The position numbers and the translations under genes are program-made. From Macrostomum lignano (Eukaryota): a stretch of 64,000 nucleotides of DNA. The notes beneath the pieces were generated by a model that made no database searches, was not told where the DNA came from, and saw only the letters and a program-made list of their open reading frames with translations. Below, one piece after another: positions 40,400-58,807 of this stretch; position 1 is the stretch's first letter, and each line of letters opens with the position of its first letter. Where the stretch lies: assembly GCA_002269645.1 (NCBI GenBank), contig NIVC01000644.1:1-64000 (forward strand), written 5' to 3'.

Positions 40400-41495
40400 T
40401 TGGATCAGTGGGTCAGGGGATCAGGGGATCAGTGGGTCAGGGATCAGGGGATCAGTGGGTCAGGGGATCAGGGGATCAGTGGGTCAGGGGATCAGGGGAT
40501 CAGTGGGTCAGGGTCAGGGGATCAGGGATCGGGGATCAGTTGGTCAGGGGATCAGTGGGTCAGGGGATCAAGGGATCGGGGGATCAGTTGGTCAGGGGAT
40601 CAGTGGGTCAGGTGATCAGTGGGTCAGGGGATCAGGGGATCGGGAGATCAGTGGGTCAGGGGATCAGTGGGTCAGGGGATCAGTGGGTCAGGGGATCAGT
40701 GGGTCAGGGGATCAGTGGGTCAGGGGATCAGTGGGTCAGGGGATCAGTGGGTCAGGGGATCAGTGGGTCAGGGGATCAGTGGGTCAGGGGATCAGTGGGT
40801 CAGGGGATCAGTGGGTCAGGGGATCAGTGGGTCAGGGGATCAGTGGGTCAGGGGATCAGTGGGTCAGGGGATCAGTGGGTCAGGGGATCAGTGGGTCAGG
40901 GGATCAGTGGGTCAGGGGATCAGTGGGTCAGGGGATCAGTGGGTCAGGGGATCAGTGGGTCAGGGGATCAGTGGGTCAGGGGATCAGTGGGTCAGGGGAT
41001 CAGTGGGTCAGGGGATCAGTGGGTCAGGGGATCAGTGGGTCAGGGGATCAGTGGGTCAGGGGATCAGTGGGTCAGGGGATCAGTGGGTCAGGGATCAGTG
41101 GGTCAGGGGATCAGTGGGTCAGGTGATCAATGGGTCAGAGGATCAGCGGGTCAGATGATCAGTGGGTCAGGGGATCAGCGGGTCAGTGGATCATTGGGTC
41201 AGTGGATCATTGGGTCAGGGGATCTGTGGGTCAGGGGATCTGTGGGTCAGGGGATCTGTGGGTCAGGGGATCTGTGGGTCAGGGGATCTGTGGGTCAGGG
41301 GATCTGTGGGTCAGGGGATCTGTGGGTCAGGGGATCTGTGGGTCAGGGGATCTGTGGGTCAGGGGATCTGTGGGTCAGGGGATCTGTGGGTCAGGGGATC
41401 TGTGGGTCAGGGGATCTGTGGGTCAGGGGATCTGTGGGTCAGGGGATCTGTGGGTCAGGGGATCTGTGGGTCAGGGGATCAGTGGGTCAGGGAGT
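40400..41495. repeat. 16-bp minisatellite (GGGGATC(A/T)GTGGGTCA) abutting the intron-2 acceptor
   Basis: It starts about 27 nt from the 3' splice site; the A-variant block is at about 40400-41215 and the T-variant block at about 41217-41473. Confidence 0.95.
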
Positions 41496-41934
41496 CAATG
41501 AGCCGCAGTTACTGAGAGCTGGTGGTTGCAGGAAAGCCAGCATTGCCCACGCAGCTGCAGAATCGCTGGCGGGTGCAGGAGAAAGCAGAAGATGTGGGCG
41601 GGGAGACTGGCTGGGGAAGAGAGACATGGGAGGGAGATAAACTGCCCCAGGGACCCAGTGTGAGCACTGGCCGGCATGGATGCCAAAATAGTGCGGGCAG
41701 GATGGGAAGGGCGCAGTGAATGGGGAGGAGTGGGGATAATTAACGAGCTGAGCCGCGGTGCCTCCCGGTGAATCGGCCTCAAGTTCGGCGCTCGGAGCAT
41801 TCGGCACTTATGTGCCTGATTAAGGCGGCTCCCAGCCTGCCTCTGCCCCGCATCCTTGCGGTTCTGACTGAGCCCTGAGCAGTCTGACTGGCTGGCTCTC
41901 CTTCTCTTCTTCTCTCCCTAACCGCTTACCCACC

Positions 41935-42545
41935 CTTCTCTCCCTTATCTCCCCTCTCCCTTATCTCCTCTCTCTCCCTTATCTCCCCTCTCCCTTATCT
42001 CTCCTCTCCCTTATCTCCCCTCTCCCTTATCTCCCCTCTCTCCCTTATCTCCCCTCTCCCTTATCTCCCCTCTCTCCCTTATCTCCCCTCTCCCTTATCT
42101 CCCCTCTCTCCCTTATCTCCCCTCTCCCTTATCTCCTCTCTCCCTTATCTCCCTCTCCCTTATCTCCCCTCTCCCTTATCTCCCCTCTCTCCCTTATCTC
42201 CCCTCTCCCTTATCTCCCCTCTCTCCCTTATCTCCCCTCTCCCTTATCTCCCCTCTCCCTTATCTCCCCTCTCCGTTATTTCCCCTCTCCCTTATCTCCC
42301 CTCTCCCTTATCTCCCTCTCTCCCTATCTCCTCTCTCCCTTATCTCCCCTCTCCCTTATCTCCTCTCTCTCCCTTATCTCCCCTCTCTCCCTTATCTCCC
42401 CTCTCCCTTATCTCCTCTCTCCCTTATCTCCTCTCTCCCTTATCTCCCCTCTACCTTATCTCTCTGATCTCCCCTCTCCCTTATCTCCCTTATCCCCTCT
42501 CTCCCTTATCTCTCTTCTCCCCTCCCTTGTCTCTCCCACTCTCTC
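41935..42545. repeat. Pyrimidine-rich repeat (CTCCCTTATCTCCCCT)
   Basis: Direct reading. Confidence 0.92.
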
Positions 42546-42969
42546 TCACCCATTCACATGTACCTTTTTCTCTCCACTTCCGATTTTCTCACCTTCTCCC
42601 CAATTTCCAATTCCTTTTGAAAGTAAATATTATTAGCAGGCTAAAGAAGAAGAAGATGGCATGCGTAATAGACAGGATGGAAAGAGGAAGCTGAGGAGTA
42701 GGTGGGGAGCCGAGCAGGAGGCGCTCCATCCGCCCCCTGTCACATTAAAGAGTATTCTCTCTTTCTCTCTAGAAAAATGAGAAGGATATAGGGGTAAAGG
42801 AAAATTGATGGTCGAAGGTGCAAGCAACTCGGGCATAGCTCGGCCGGGCTTGGGGGTCGAGGAGAGGGCCATGGCCTACAGAAATGCAACAGTCACGAAC
42901 TTCCCCACACTTGAGCAGTGGCGGGGGCTTTGATTGGGATTCTGGGTTGCCGAGCTCAGTGTGCCTTGA

Positions 42970-47437
<4,468 letters not shown>

Positions 47438-47440
<3 letters not shown>

Positions 47441-49150
47441 CCCCTATGAGACTCACCCGAGTTCATGACCCCCCTCCCCATGAGACTCACCCGAGTTCAT
47501 GACCCCATGAGACTCACCCGAGTTCATGAACCCCACGAGGCTCACCCGAGTTCATGACCCCATGAGACTCACCCGAGTTCATGACCCCCCTCCCATGAGA
47601 CTCACCCGAGTTCATGACCCCCATGAGACTCACCCGAGTTCATGACCCCCCTCCCCATGAGACTCACCCGAGTTCATGACCCCCCTCCCCATGAGACTCA
47701 CCCGAGTTCATGACCCCTATGAGACTCACCCGAGTTCATGACCCCATGAGACTCACCCGAGTTCATGAACCCCACGAGGCTCACCCGAGTTCATGACCCC
47801 CATGAGACTCACCCGAGTTCATGACCCCCCTCCCCATGAGACTCACCCGAGTTCATGACCCCCATGAGACTCACCCGAGTTCATGACCCCCCTCCCCATG
47901 AGACTCACCCGAGTTCATGACCCCCTCCCCATGAGACTCACCCGAGTTCATGACCCCCATGAGACTCACCCGAGTTCATGACCCCCCTCACCATGAGACT
48001 CACCCGAGTTCATGACCCCCCTCCCCATGAGACTCACCCGAGTTCATGACCCCCATGAGGCTCACCCGAGTTCATGACCCCCATGAGACTCACCCAAGTT
48101 CATGACCCCCATGAGGCTCACCCGAGTTCATGACCCCCATGAGACTCACCCGAGTTCATGACCCCCATGAGACTCACCCGAGTTCATGACCCCCATGAGA
48201 CTCACCCGAGTTCATGACCCCCCTCCCCATGAGACTCACCCGAGTTCATGACCCCCATGAGACTCACCCGAGTTCATGACCCCCATGAGACTCACCCGAG
48301 TTCATGACCCCCCTCCCCATGAGACTCACCCGAGTTCATGACCCTTATGAGACTCACCCGAGTTCATGACCCCCATGAGGCTCACCCGAGTTCATGACCC
48401 CCATGAGGCTCACCCGAGTTCATGACCCCCATGAGGCTCACCCGAGTTCATGACCCCATGAGGCTCACCCGAGTTCATGACCCCCATGAGACTCACCCGA
48501 GTTCATGACCCCCTCCCCATGAGACTCACCCGAGTTCATGACCCCCATGAGGCTCACCCGAGTTCATGACCCCCATGAGGCTCACCCGAGTTCATGACCC
48601 CCATGAGGCTCACCCGAGTTCATGACCCCCATGAGACTCACCCGAGTTCATGACCCCCCTCCCCATGAGACTCACCCGAGTTCATGACCCCCATGAGGCT
48701 CACCCGAGTTCATGACCCCCATGAGGCTCACCCGAGTTCATGACCCCCATGAGACTCACCCGAGTTCATGACCCTTATGAGACTCACCCGAGTTCATGAC
48801 CCCCATGAGACTCACCCAAGTTCATGACCCCCATGAGGCTCACCCGAGTTCATGACCCCCATGAGGCTCACCCGAGTTCATGACCCCCCTCACCATGAGA
48901 CTCACCCGAGCTCATGACCCCCATGAGACTCACCCGAGTTCATGACCCCCCTCCCCATGAGACTCACCCGAATTCATGACCCCCATGAGACTCACCCGAG
49001 TTCATGACCCCCATGAGGCTCACCCGAGTTCATGACCCCCCTCACCATGAGACTCACCCGAGCTCATGACCCCCATGAGACTCACCCGAGTTCATGACCC
49101 CCCTCCCCATGAGACTCACCCGAATTCATGACCCCCATGAGACTCACCCG
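47438..49150 (-). repeat. 27-33 bp minisatellite whose unit contains the exon2/intron2 junction (GAACTCGG|GTGAGTCTCATGGGGGTCAT)
   Basis: The array begins exactly at the true donor (49147) and runs about 1.7 kb, roughly 55-60 copies. Smaller copies of the array lie at about 44072-44347 and 45749-46024. Confidence 0.95.
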
Positions 49151-49292
49151 AGTTCGTCTCCAACCACACGATGCCGTCCAGGCTGATATTGGTGCCCGGT
49201 TCGCAGGGCCCCAAGCACTCTGGCTCCGTGGTGGTGCCCTTTGACTGCGTGTTCACCGCGGAGTCCTTCTTCACCTTCTTGGTGGACGAGGC
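49148..49292 (-). CDS. ZNF608: Brakeless/scribbler (ZNF608/609) paralog B, exon 2
   Basis: Encodes [48 protein letters not shown](G), the first half of the D2 domain. Acceptor TTGCAG| at 49293 (phase 0); donor G|GTGAGT at 49147 (phase 1). Confidence 0.88.
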
Positions 49293-49537
49293 CTGCAATG
49301 CGGGTTGGATCTGTTGAAGCTGGAGCATGAAGCGCGAGATCGCTTCAGCGTTTCATTTTCAACCGAAGTAATTGAAGCTGGGAGAACAATGGCATCCGCT
49401 GTTGTTGTTTTCTGCTTTGACAGAAAAAAACAGTGAAAAACGTTTCTGGAACAAAGCCAGAAAGCTGCTTTTCCAATTTTTAGAGGGCACGGAAGCTGTG
49501 AGGCGGAACGAATGGCTTCTGCCTCCCAGGCTCCCTC

Positions 49538-49845
49538 GTCTCCCCATCTCCCTGTCTTCCCATCTCCCTGTCTCTCCATCTCCCTGTCTTCCCATCTCCC
49601 TGTCTTCCCATCTCCCTGTCTCTCCATCTCCCTGTCTCCCCATCTCCCTGTCTCCCCATCTCCCTGTCTCCCCATCTCCCTGTCTCCCCATCTCCCTGTC
49701 TCCCCATCTCTGTCTCCCCATCTCCCTGTCTCCCCATCTCCCTGTCTTCCCATCTCCTTGTCTCCCCATCTCCCTGTCTCCCCATCTCCCTGTCTTCCCA
49801 TCTACTTGTCTCGCCATCTCCCTGTTTCCCTGTCTCCCTGTCTCC
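49538..49845. repeat. 16-bp minisatellite (CCCCATCTCCCTGTCT)
   Basis: Direct reading; paralog B intron 1. Confidence 0.9.
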
Positions 49846-50077
49846 CTGTGTATTTCCCGCTAATATGCAAGCCGGGAGGTGAATGCTTAGCACAGCACAT
49901 GAAGGAGCAGACGCCGCAACTGCCGCAAATTGAGAATGAGCATCTGTCACGGCCCCGCAGTGCTGCGCTGAGCGCGTGAGCTCAACAGCGGGGCTAATAA
50001 AACAGGCCGTATGCATAATTCAGTACTCGAGCCCGCGCTGTCAGTCTGTTTTTTGTCTGACCCCGTTTCTAACTAAC

Positions 50078-50706
<629 letters not shown>

Positions 50707-51364
50707 AATGCCGACCAATATTTTAAATCAAGGGAAACCCCGATAAATATGGCTTCCGATATGTGGCAGAAGACAGGGAAGTCTTGAGTTAATGTGAGCC
50801 AATGGGATAAATAAAATTCCGTGGAGGCAAGCGGGAAGCAGCGGACGCAGAGGGGATATAAGGAGGCTAGAGATAAAGCCTCAATAGCTGAGTTGCTACT
50901 AGCAGCAGCAGGAACTGGAACAATCCAGAAGGCCGCAGAGGCCAATGGCCCGGGCCGCAGCCCCCCTGTCCCACCCGCTCTCACACAGCGGGAGCCACGC
51001 AGGCAGGCAGAGCCACGACTCTGACAACTTCCGCAAAGAATGATTTGCTGGCTCTACTGCTGCTACTAGAAGAAGGCAAGAGCAGAGGAAGAAGAGAGGA
51101 GAAGGAGAGAAAAGGGCGGCGGATTAAATATGGTGGCAGACAGACACAGGCGGCAAATTGCCCGCAAACAGCTGCCGGCAAAACAGCATTAGCACACTCC
51201 AGAGTGCCTCTCGTACCCCGAGCTGGATTTCAATATCATCAGGCATCAATGAACCCTTCCAAATTGCCTAATGGGGCTTCAGCAACTGCCTGCTCGGGGA
51301 TTTAACAAAAAATAATGTTTTGACAGTCAGTCAGCCGATTAATGAATCGTCACTATTAATGCTC

Positions 51365-51800
51365 ACCGAGTCGCTAAGTGACCGAGTCACCCGATCACTC
51401 ACCCAGTCACTCAGTCATCCGATCACTCATTCAGTCACTCGGTAACCTGATCACTCACTCAGTCACTCGGCCACCCAATCACTCACTCAGTCACCCGGTC
51501 ACCCAGTCACTCAGTCACTCAGTCACTCAGTCACCCAGTCACTAAGTCACCCAGTCACTCACTCACCCAGTCACTCACTCACTCAGTCCCTCAGTCACCC
51601 GGTCACTCAGTCACTCACTCACTCAGTCCCTCAGTCACCCGGTCACTCAGTCACTCAGTCACTCAGTCACCCAGTCACTAAGTCACCCAGTCACTCACTC
51701 ACCCAGTCACTCACTCACTCAGTCCCTCAGTCACCCGGTCACTCAGTCACTCACTCACTCAGTTCCTCAGTCACCCGGTCACTCAGTCACTCAGTCACCC
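51365..51800. repeat. (CAGTCACT)-based degenerate repeat
   Basis: Direct reading. Confidence 0.88.
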
Positions 51801-52479
51801 TATTCAGTCAGGAGCTGCACGGGCGGGTGAGGGTGTTGATGCCCAATTGACAAGTCTATTGGCGACAAGAAATTGAAATCGCCCGGTCACACACACACAC
51901 ACACTGGCCAGCTCCTCAAGCAGCTCTCACAAGAATAATTCCGCTACTGCTCAGGGGGTTTGCCGAAGACAGACGAGTGGCTTATAGGGGGGATGAGAGA
52001 GAGAATCGGGATCCCATTTGGGGAAGCAGCACTCACACACTCGCGCACACAACCCAGCTGACTGGGGATCAGAGCGGGGGAGAGAAGGGCAAGAAATCGG
52101 GCAGTGCCGAGTCGCCCCTTGGGGACCGCGGCTCCTGGCGTTGGCATGGCTGAGGCTGGGCGGCTCGTGTGAGGCTGCTGGGCTGAGCTGGTGGAGAGAG
52201 TGCGCCCACGGCTGCCAGGGGGAGGGGAAGAGAGAGGAAGAGAGATGAGGCGGCTTCAGGATGCTGGGGCGAGACGAGTTGAGGCCCGTGTCTGAGGAAG
52301 GCGATGGGGAGGGTTAAGCAGCAGCTGAGCGGGAGAGTTGCTCCCTAAAAATCCGCCCCGCCCCAGAGCCTCAGCCGTCCCAGGAATCCTGACACAATCC
52401 CCCTTGGTGCTAAAATCCCAAATCCAGGGAGGGGAGCTTTTTGATGGCCCTTTGAGCACCCCATCGCCTAACTGCACCT

Positions 52480-53045
52480 CCCCACTCCTCTCTCCCTTCT
52501 CCCCTCTCCCTTCTCCCCTCTCCCCTCTCCCTTCTCCCCTCTCCCTTCTCCCCTCTCCCCTCTCCCTTCTGCCCTCTCCTCTCCCTTTTCCCCACTCCTC
52601 TCTCCCTTCTCCCCTCTCCCTTCTCCCCTCTCCCCTCTCCCTTCTCCCCTCTCCCTTCTCCCCTCTCCCTCTCCCTTCTCCCCTCTCCCCTCTCCCCTCT
52701 CCCTTCTCCCCTCTCCTCTCTCCCTTCTCCCCTCTCCCCTCTCCCTTCTCCCCTCTCCCCTCTCCCTTCTCCCCACTCCTCTCTCCCTTCTTTCCCTTCT
52801 CCCCTCTCCCCTCTCCCTTCTCCCCTCTCCCCTTTCCCCTCTCCCTTCTCCCCTCTCCCTTCTCCCCTCTCCCTCTCCCCTCTCCCTTCTCCCCTTTCCC
52901 CTCTCCCTTCTCCCCTCTCCCCTCTCCCTTCTCCCCTCTCCCCTCTCCCTTCTCCCCACTCCTCTCTCCCTTCTTTCCCTTCTCCCCTCTCCCCTCTCCC
53001 TTCTCCCTCTCCCCTTTCCCCTCTCCCCTCTCCCCTCTCCCCTCT
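52480..53045. repeat. Polypyrimidine repeat (CTCCCCT / CTCCCTT)
   Basis: Direct reading; it inflates track ORF 52256-53638 beyond the real exon. Confidence 0.93.
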
Positions 53046-53173
53046 CCTATTTTCTCTCCCCTATAGAAACATTTGTCCCCTCGCAATCCCTTTTGCATTT
53101 TTATTCCAAAGCAGCAATTCCTAGATAACACGGAAAACTTTTTACTCAAGCGATGAGTAAACTTTTTACTCAC

Positions 53174-53494
53174 CTCAGCCACTGCTCGGGGCAATTTCTT
53201 CGCCGCAGACGTTGGCCTCTCCAGCCCGCCTAAGCTGGTGGATGATGAAGAACTCGAGGAGGCTGAAGATGAAGTGGTTGGCCCGTTGGAGGTCTCATCC
53301 GAGTTCTCCTTCAGCGCGGAGGTCGAGACCGCCTCTGAACTGCAGGTAGATGAAGCGTCTGTTCCAGCTTCCTCAGACGATGCTGTCGGCGAGAATTCTT
53401 CCTTAGCAGCGACATCGCCGTCGTTGAGCACCTCACAGGAGCTCCTTGAGCGCCTCTTGATTTTCATCTTTAGCTGCTGCTGTTGCTGCTCCAT
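53174..53494 (-). CDS. ZNF608: Brakeless/scribbler (ZNF608/609) paralog B, exon 1 ([15 protein letters not shown]...AVAE)
   Basis: Contains the LKMKIKR family motif shared with paralog A. The ATG is in strong context (AACATGG), and the phase-0 donor is GAG|GTGAGT at 53173. The frame is open to about 53695, so an upstream coding exon (acceptor CCCCAG near 53652) is possible. Exons 1-4 sum to 1485 nt, or 495 codons. Confidence 0.75.
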
Positions 53495-53899
53495 GTTGGT
53501 GGCTGCTGAGCGGCTGCCGTACCTCGGAGCTCTCCGCTGCTGCACAGGCGGTTTGGAAAAAATGAAATCAGAAAAATCAAAGCCCGAAGTCACTCTCTGC
53601 TCGAAGTGCTCCGGATTATCGCGCGGGCGCTTCAACAAGCCGACAGTCCTACTGGGGTTGCGGTGAGGGAGAATTACACTTGGGAAGCCGCGTAATTACG
53701 GGCTAAGGCAGAGAGCGGCCTCATATGAGAGAGTGCGCCTTCCGCTCCCCCCTGGCCAGTCAGCCAGGGCTTCACCACCCCAGACCCTTGGCCGGGCCTT
53801 CAAGCGTTAAGCCGCGGCTTCATTGGCTGCCTGGGGTTCAATGAGCCACTGCCTGGGTATTGATTCGCTAAGTGGCCTGCTGGAGAGCAGCTGGCAGGC

Positions 53900-54417
<518 letters not shown>

Positions 54418-55305
54418 GATGCAAAGCAGCACAGCACTTACCCCTTTAACAAAAACACTGGGCGGGAGGCTCAGTCTGTCTAAATGGGGATGGAAGAACC
54501 AAGGATTTCAATTAATCTGAAGGGATAAGATATGAGCAAGCGGGCATGGACTCAGAATGGCAATGAGGGCAGTGTGAGTGGAGCCAGTGTGCTCAGAGTG
54601 CTACTCAGGGCAACTCAACTTCTTTTGCAGAAGAGATGCCCGCCGCGGCGCATGCTAAGTGGGCTGAGGGGTGGCTGACACACAAATTGGACGACTGGGC
54701 CAAAGCCAAGGCTCCCCATTGGTGTCAGTAGTTGCTACCCCAGCCTCCTTTTACTCACTATTGCAGAACCGCCTCCGCGTCCCAGCAACTCAGCACTTAT
54801 ATATCTGACACAAAATTTTGCTTTTGTACCGGCAAAGTAGTGTAACAGGCAAGGTTGCGGGCGCAATTTCACATTAATAAAACGAAAACTCTCAGCATCT
54901 ATTGGCATTGTAAATTTATTTTAACTTACCATATTAAGCTTGTAGCTCGTAATTGCCTGAAGACTTAGACAGTTTTAGACTAAGTGAGCGAGGTCAAAGT
55001 ATATCCAACACACAGGCTGACAGGCACCATAAACTAAAAATGCTTCAACACCAGCGAAGGTCTGAGTTACCAATGCAAATATATATTTATATTTCTGAGA
55101 CTATTGGCCATAGACAAATTCAGTGCAGCGCCCTGACTTTCCTGCTTATTGTAAAAACTGTCTATGGTTGAAGCTTGGCTAAGGCTTGTCCTGACCTGCG
55201 GATTGTCTATGGTAACTGCGTGAGCGAGCTTCCCTAACGCTCGGACCCTACTGACACTTTGATGGGAATTCTAGTCAACCATTTTCGCCCTTCTCACCGG
55301 GGTTG

Positions 55306-57252
55306 GAGGGCGACTCTCACTGGGGTTGGAGGGCGACTCTCACTGGGGTTGGAGGGCGACTCTCACTAGGGTTGGAGGGCGACTCTCACTGGGGTTGGAG
55401 GGCGACTCTCACTGGGGTTGGAGGGCGACTCTCACTGGGGTTGGAGGGCGACTCTCACTAGGGTTGGAGGGCGACTCTCACTGGGTTTGGAGGGCGACTC
55501 TCACTGGGGTGGGAGGCCTACTCTCACTGGGGCGATTCTCATTGATGGCGATTCTCAATGATGGCGATTCTTACTGGGGCGATTCTCATTAGGGCGATTC
55601 TCATTGATGGCGATTCTCAATGATGGCGATTCTCAATGATGGCGATTCTCAATGATGGCGATTCTCAATGATGGCGATTCTCAATGATGGCGATTCTCAA
55701 TGATGGCGATTCTCAATGATGGCGATTCTCATTGATGGCGATTCTCACTGGGGCGATTCTCACTGGGGCGATTCTCACTGGGGCGATTCTCACTGGGGCG
55801 ATTCTCACTGGGGCGATTCTCACTGGGGCGATTCTCACTGGGGCGATTCTCACTGGGGCGATTCTCATTGATGGCGATTCTCATTGATGGCGATTCTTAC
55901 TGGGGTAATTCTCACTGGGGCGATTCTCACTGGGGCGATTCCCACTGGGGCGATTCTCACTGGGGCGATTCTCACTGGGGCGATTCTCAATGGGGCGATT
56001 CTCACTGGGGCGATTCCCACTGGGGCGATTCTCACTGGGGCGATTCTCATTGATGGCGATTCTCACTGGGGCGATTCTCAATGGGGCGATTCTCACTGGG
56101 GCGATTCTCACTGGGGCGATTCCCACTGGGGCGATTCTCACTGGGGCGATTCTCACTGGGGCGATTCTCAATGGGGCGATTCTCACTGGGGCGATTCTCA
56201 TTGATGGCGATTCTTACTGGGGTAATTCTCACTGGGGCGATTCTCATTGATGGCGATTCTTACTGGGGTAATTCTCACTGGGCGATTCTCACTGGGGCGA
56301 TTCTCACTGGGGCGATTCTCACTGGGGCGATTCTCACTGGGGCGATTCCCACTGGGGCGATTCTCACTGGGGCGATTCCCACTGGGGCGATTCTCACTGG
56401 GGCGATTCTCACTGGGGCGATTCTCACTGGGGCGATTCTCACTGGGGCGATTCTCACTGGGGCGATTCTCAATGGGGCGATTCTCACTGGGGCGATTCCC
56501 ACTGGGGCGATTCTCACTGGGGCGATTCCCACTGGGGCGATTCTCATTGGGGCGATTCTCAATGGGGCGATTCTCACTGGGGCGATTCTCAATGGGGCGA
56601 TTCTCACTGGGGCGATTCTCAATGGGGCGATTCTCACTGGGGCGATTCTCATTGATGGCGATTCTTACTGGGGCGATTCTCACTGGGGCGATTCCCACTG
56701 GGGCGATTCTCACTGGGGCGATTCTCACTGGGGCGATTCTCAATGGGGCGATTCTCACTGGGGCGATTCTCACTGGGGCGATTCTTACTGGGGTAATTCT
56801 CACTGGGGCGATTCTCATTGATGGCGATTCTTACTGGGGTAATTCTCACTGGGGCGATTCTCACTGGGGCGATTCTCACTGGGGCGATTCTCACTGGGGC
56901 GATTCTTACTGGGGCGATTCTCATTGGGGCGATTCTCAATGGGGCGATTCTCACTGGGGCGATTCTCACTGGGGCGATTCTCACTGGGGCGATTCTCACT
57001 GGGGCGATTCTCACTGGGGCGATTTTTACTGGGGCGATTCTCATTGGGGCGATTTTCAATGGGGCGATTCTCACTGGGGCGATTCTCAATGGGGCGATTC
57101 TCACTGGGGCGATTCTCAATGGGGCGATTCTTACTGGGGTAATTCTCACTGGGGCGATTCTCATTGATGGCGATTCTTACTGGGGTAATTCTCACTGGGG
57201 CGATTCTCACTGGGGCGATTCTTACTGGGGTAATTCTCACTGGGGCGATTCT
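55306..57252. repeat. Compound minisatellite: 23-mer GGAGGGCGACTCTCACTGGGGTT, then 16-mer GATGGCGATTCTCAAT, then 15-mer GGGGCGATTCTCACT
   Basis: Direct reading. Confidence 0.94.
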
Positions 57253-57671
57253 CCCTGGAGAGATGTCCAAAGCGCTGCCGGGCGGCTCAGAGGACTAAGG
57301 CTGGAAGAACACAAAAGGTCCCGTTGGGTGACCTGGCAAGGCGGGCCAGAGAGCGGGCACACACGGGGAAATCGCTGGCGGGCGGCTCTTTGCCGTCTCA
57401 ACCCACTTCTTTTCCAATCGCCTTGCGCTCCCTGGGCCATCGATTGATTGTGCGGGGGGGGTGCCGCATCACTGTCCGGCATGCGGGACACGGCAGTGAC
57501 AGCGCAGTGAGCCTCGGATCCGCGGCTCGCTGCCGCCCTCCGCACACTTCTCTCTCTCTCTTCACTCGAGCTGCTCGATTCGGAATTCCCAACTTATTCA
57601 GCTGAGACAGTGCCGCTGCCCTCACTATTGTGTAGCGGCACTCGGTGACGCCTCATCACCGCTGCAGACTC

Positions 57672-58265
57672 TTAGCTCACCCTCCTCTACTCTCACCCTC
57701 CTCTACTCTCATCCTTTTCCTCTACTCTCACCCTCCTCCTCTACTCTCATCCTTTTCCTCTACTCGCACCCTCCTCCTCTACTCGCACCCTCCTCCTCTA
57801 CTCTCACCCTCCTCCTCTACTCTCACCCTCCTCCTCTACTCTCACCCTCCTCCTCTACTCTCACCCTCCTCCTCTACTCTCACCCTCCTCCTCCACTCTC
57901 ACCCTCCTCCTCTACTCTCATCCTTTTCCTCTACTCGCACCCTCCTCCTCTACTCTCACCCTCCTCCTCTACTCTTACCCTCCTCCTCTACTCTCACCCT
58001 CCTCCTCTACTCTCACCCTCCTCCTCCACTCTCACCCTCCTCCTCTACTCTCATCCTCCTCCTCTACTCTCACCCTCCTCCTCTACTCTCATCCTCCTCC
58101 TCTACTCTCACCCTCCTCCTCTACTCTCATCCTCCTCCTCTACTCTCACCCTCCTCCTCTACTCTCATCCTCCTCCTCTACTCTCACCCTCCTCCTCTAC
58201 TCTCATCCTCCTCCTCTACTCTCATCCTCTTCCTCACCCTCCTCCTCTACTCTCAACCTCTTCCT
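57672..58265. repeat. ~21-bp pyrimidine-rich minisatellite (CTCCTCTACTCTCACCCTC...)
   Basis: Direct reading. Confidence 0.9.
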
Positions 58266-58807
58266 CTACTCTCACCCTACTCATCTATTCTTACCCGCTT
58301 CCTAACCCTTCTTTTTAAGTCTGACCCTCCTTCTCTACTTGCATACGTTTCCATTACTCTCATCCGTATTCCTTCTCTACTCTCACCCAATTTACTCCAC
58401 CTGTTTGTTTCCAGCTACCGTTTCTTCAGCTTCTACTCCACTCTCACATCTCACCCTCTCTATTCTCCATCTATTCTCTACATGCAGATGCCGACCTCCA
58501 TCGCGCAGTGGCGAGGAGCGGCGGAGGCGAGCGAGGGAGGGGCAGAGCTGAATGAGGAAGACAAATGACTGATGGCCTGAAGCGGATTAGGGGCTGGGAT
58601 GGGCAGCTGGGAAAAGGAAGGCCCGTAGAGCTGAGGAAACTGGAATTGATAATTAGACACAGCTCGCAGCGGCTGACCTGCCCTCAGCCCGCCTCCCGGC
58701 CTGTCCCCGCTCGAGTGGAGCCGGAGAACAAGATAAAAGATAAGAAGTGCCCAGCTTCCTGCGGCGGAAACTGTGAGACTTCCGGATAGGAAGTTGTGAA
58801 ATTGTCA

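Noticed and set aside
40302-41640. Gly/Ser-rich plus-strand ORFs (GSVGQGISGSGDQW) resembling silk or elastin
   Set aside because: They lie antisense inside paralog B intron 2 and come from a 16-bp unit read through all three frames.
52256-53173. C-terminal two thirds of track ORF 52256-53638 (GEKGEGR repeats)
   Set aside because: Read-through into intron 1 past the GTGAGT donor at 53173.
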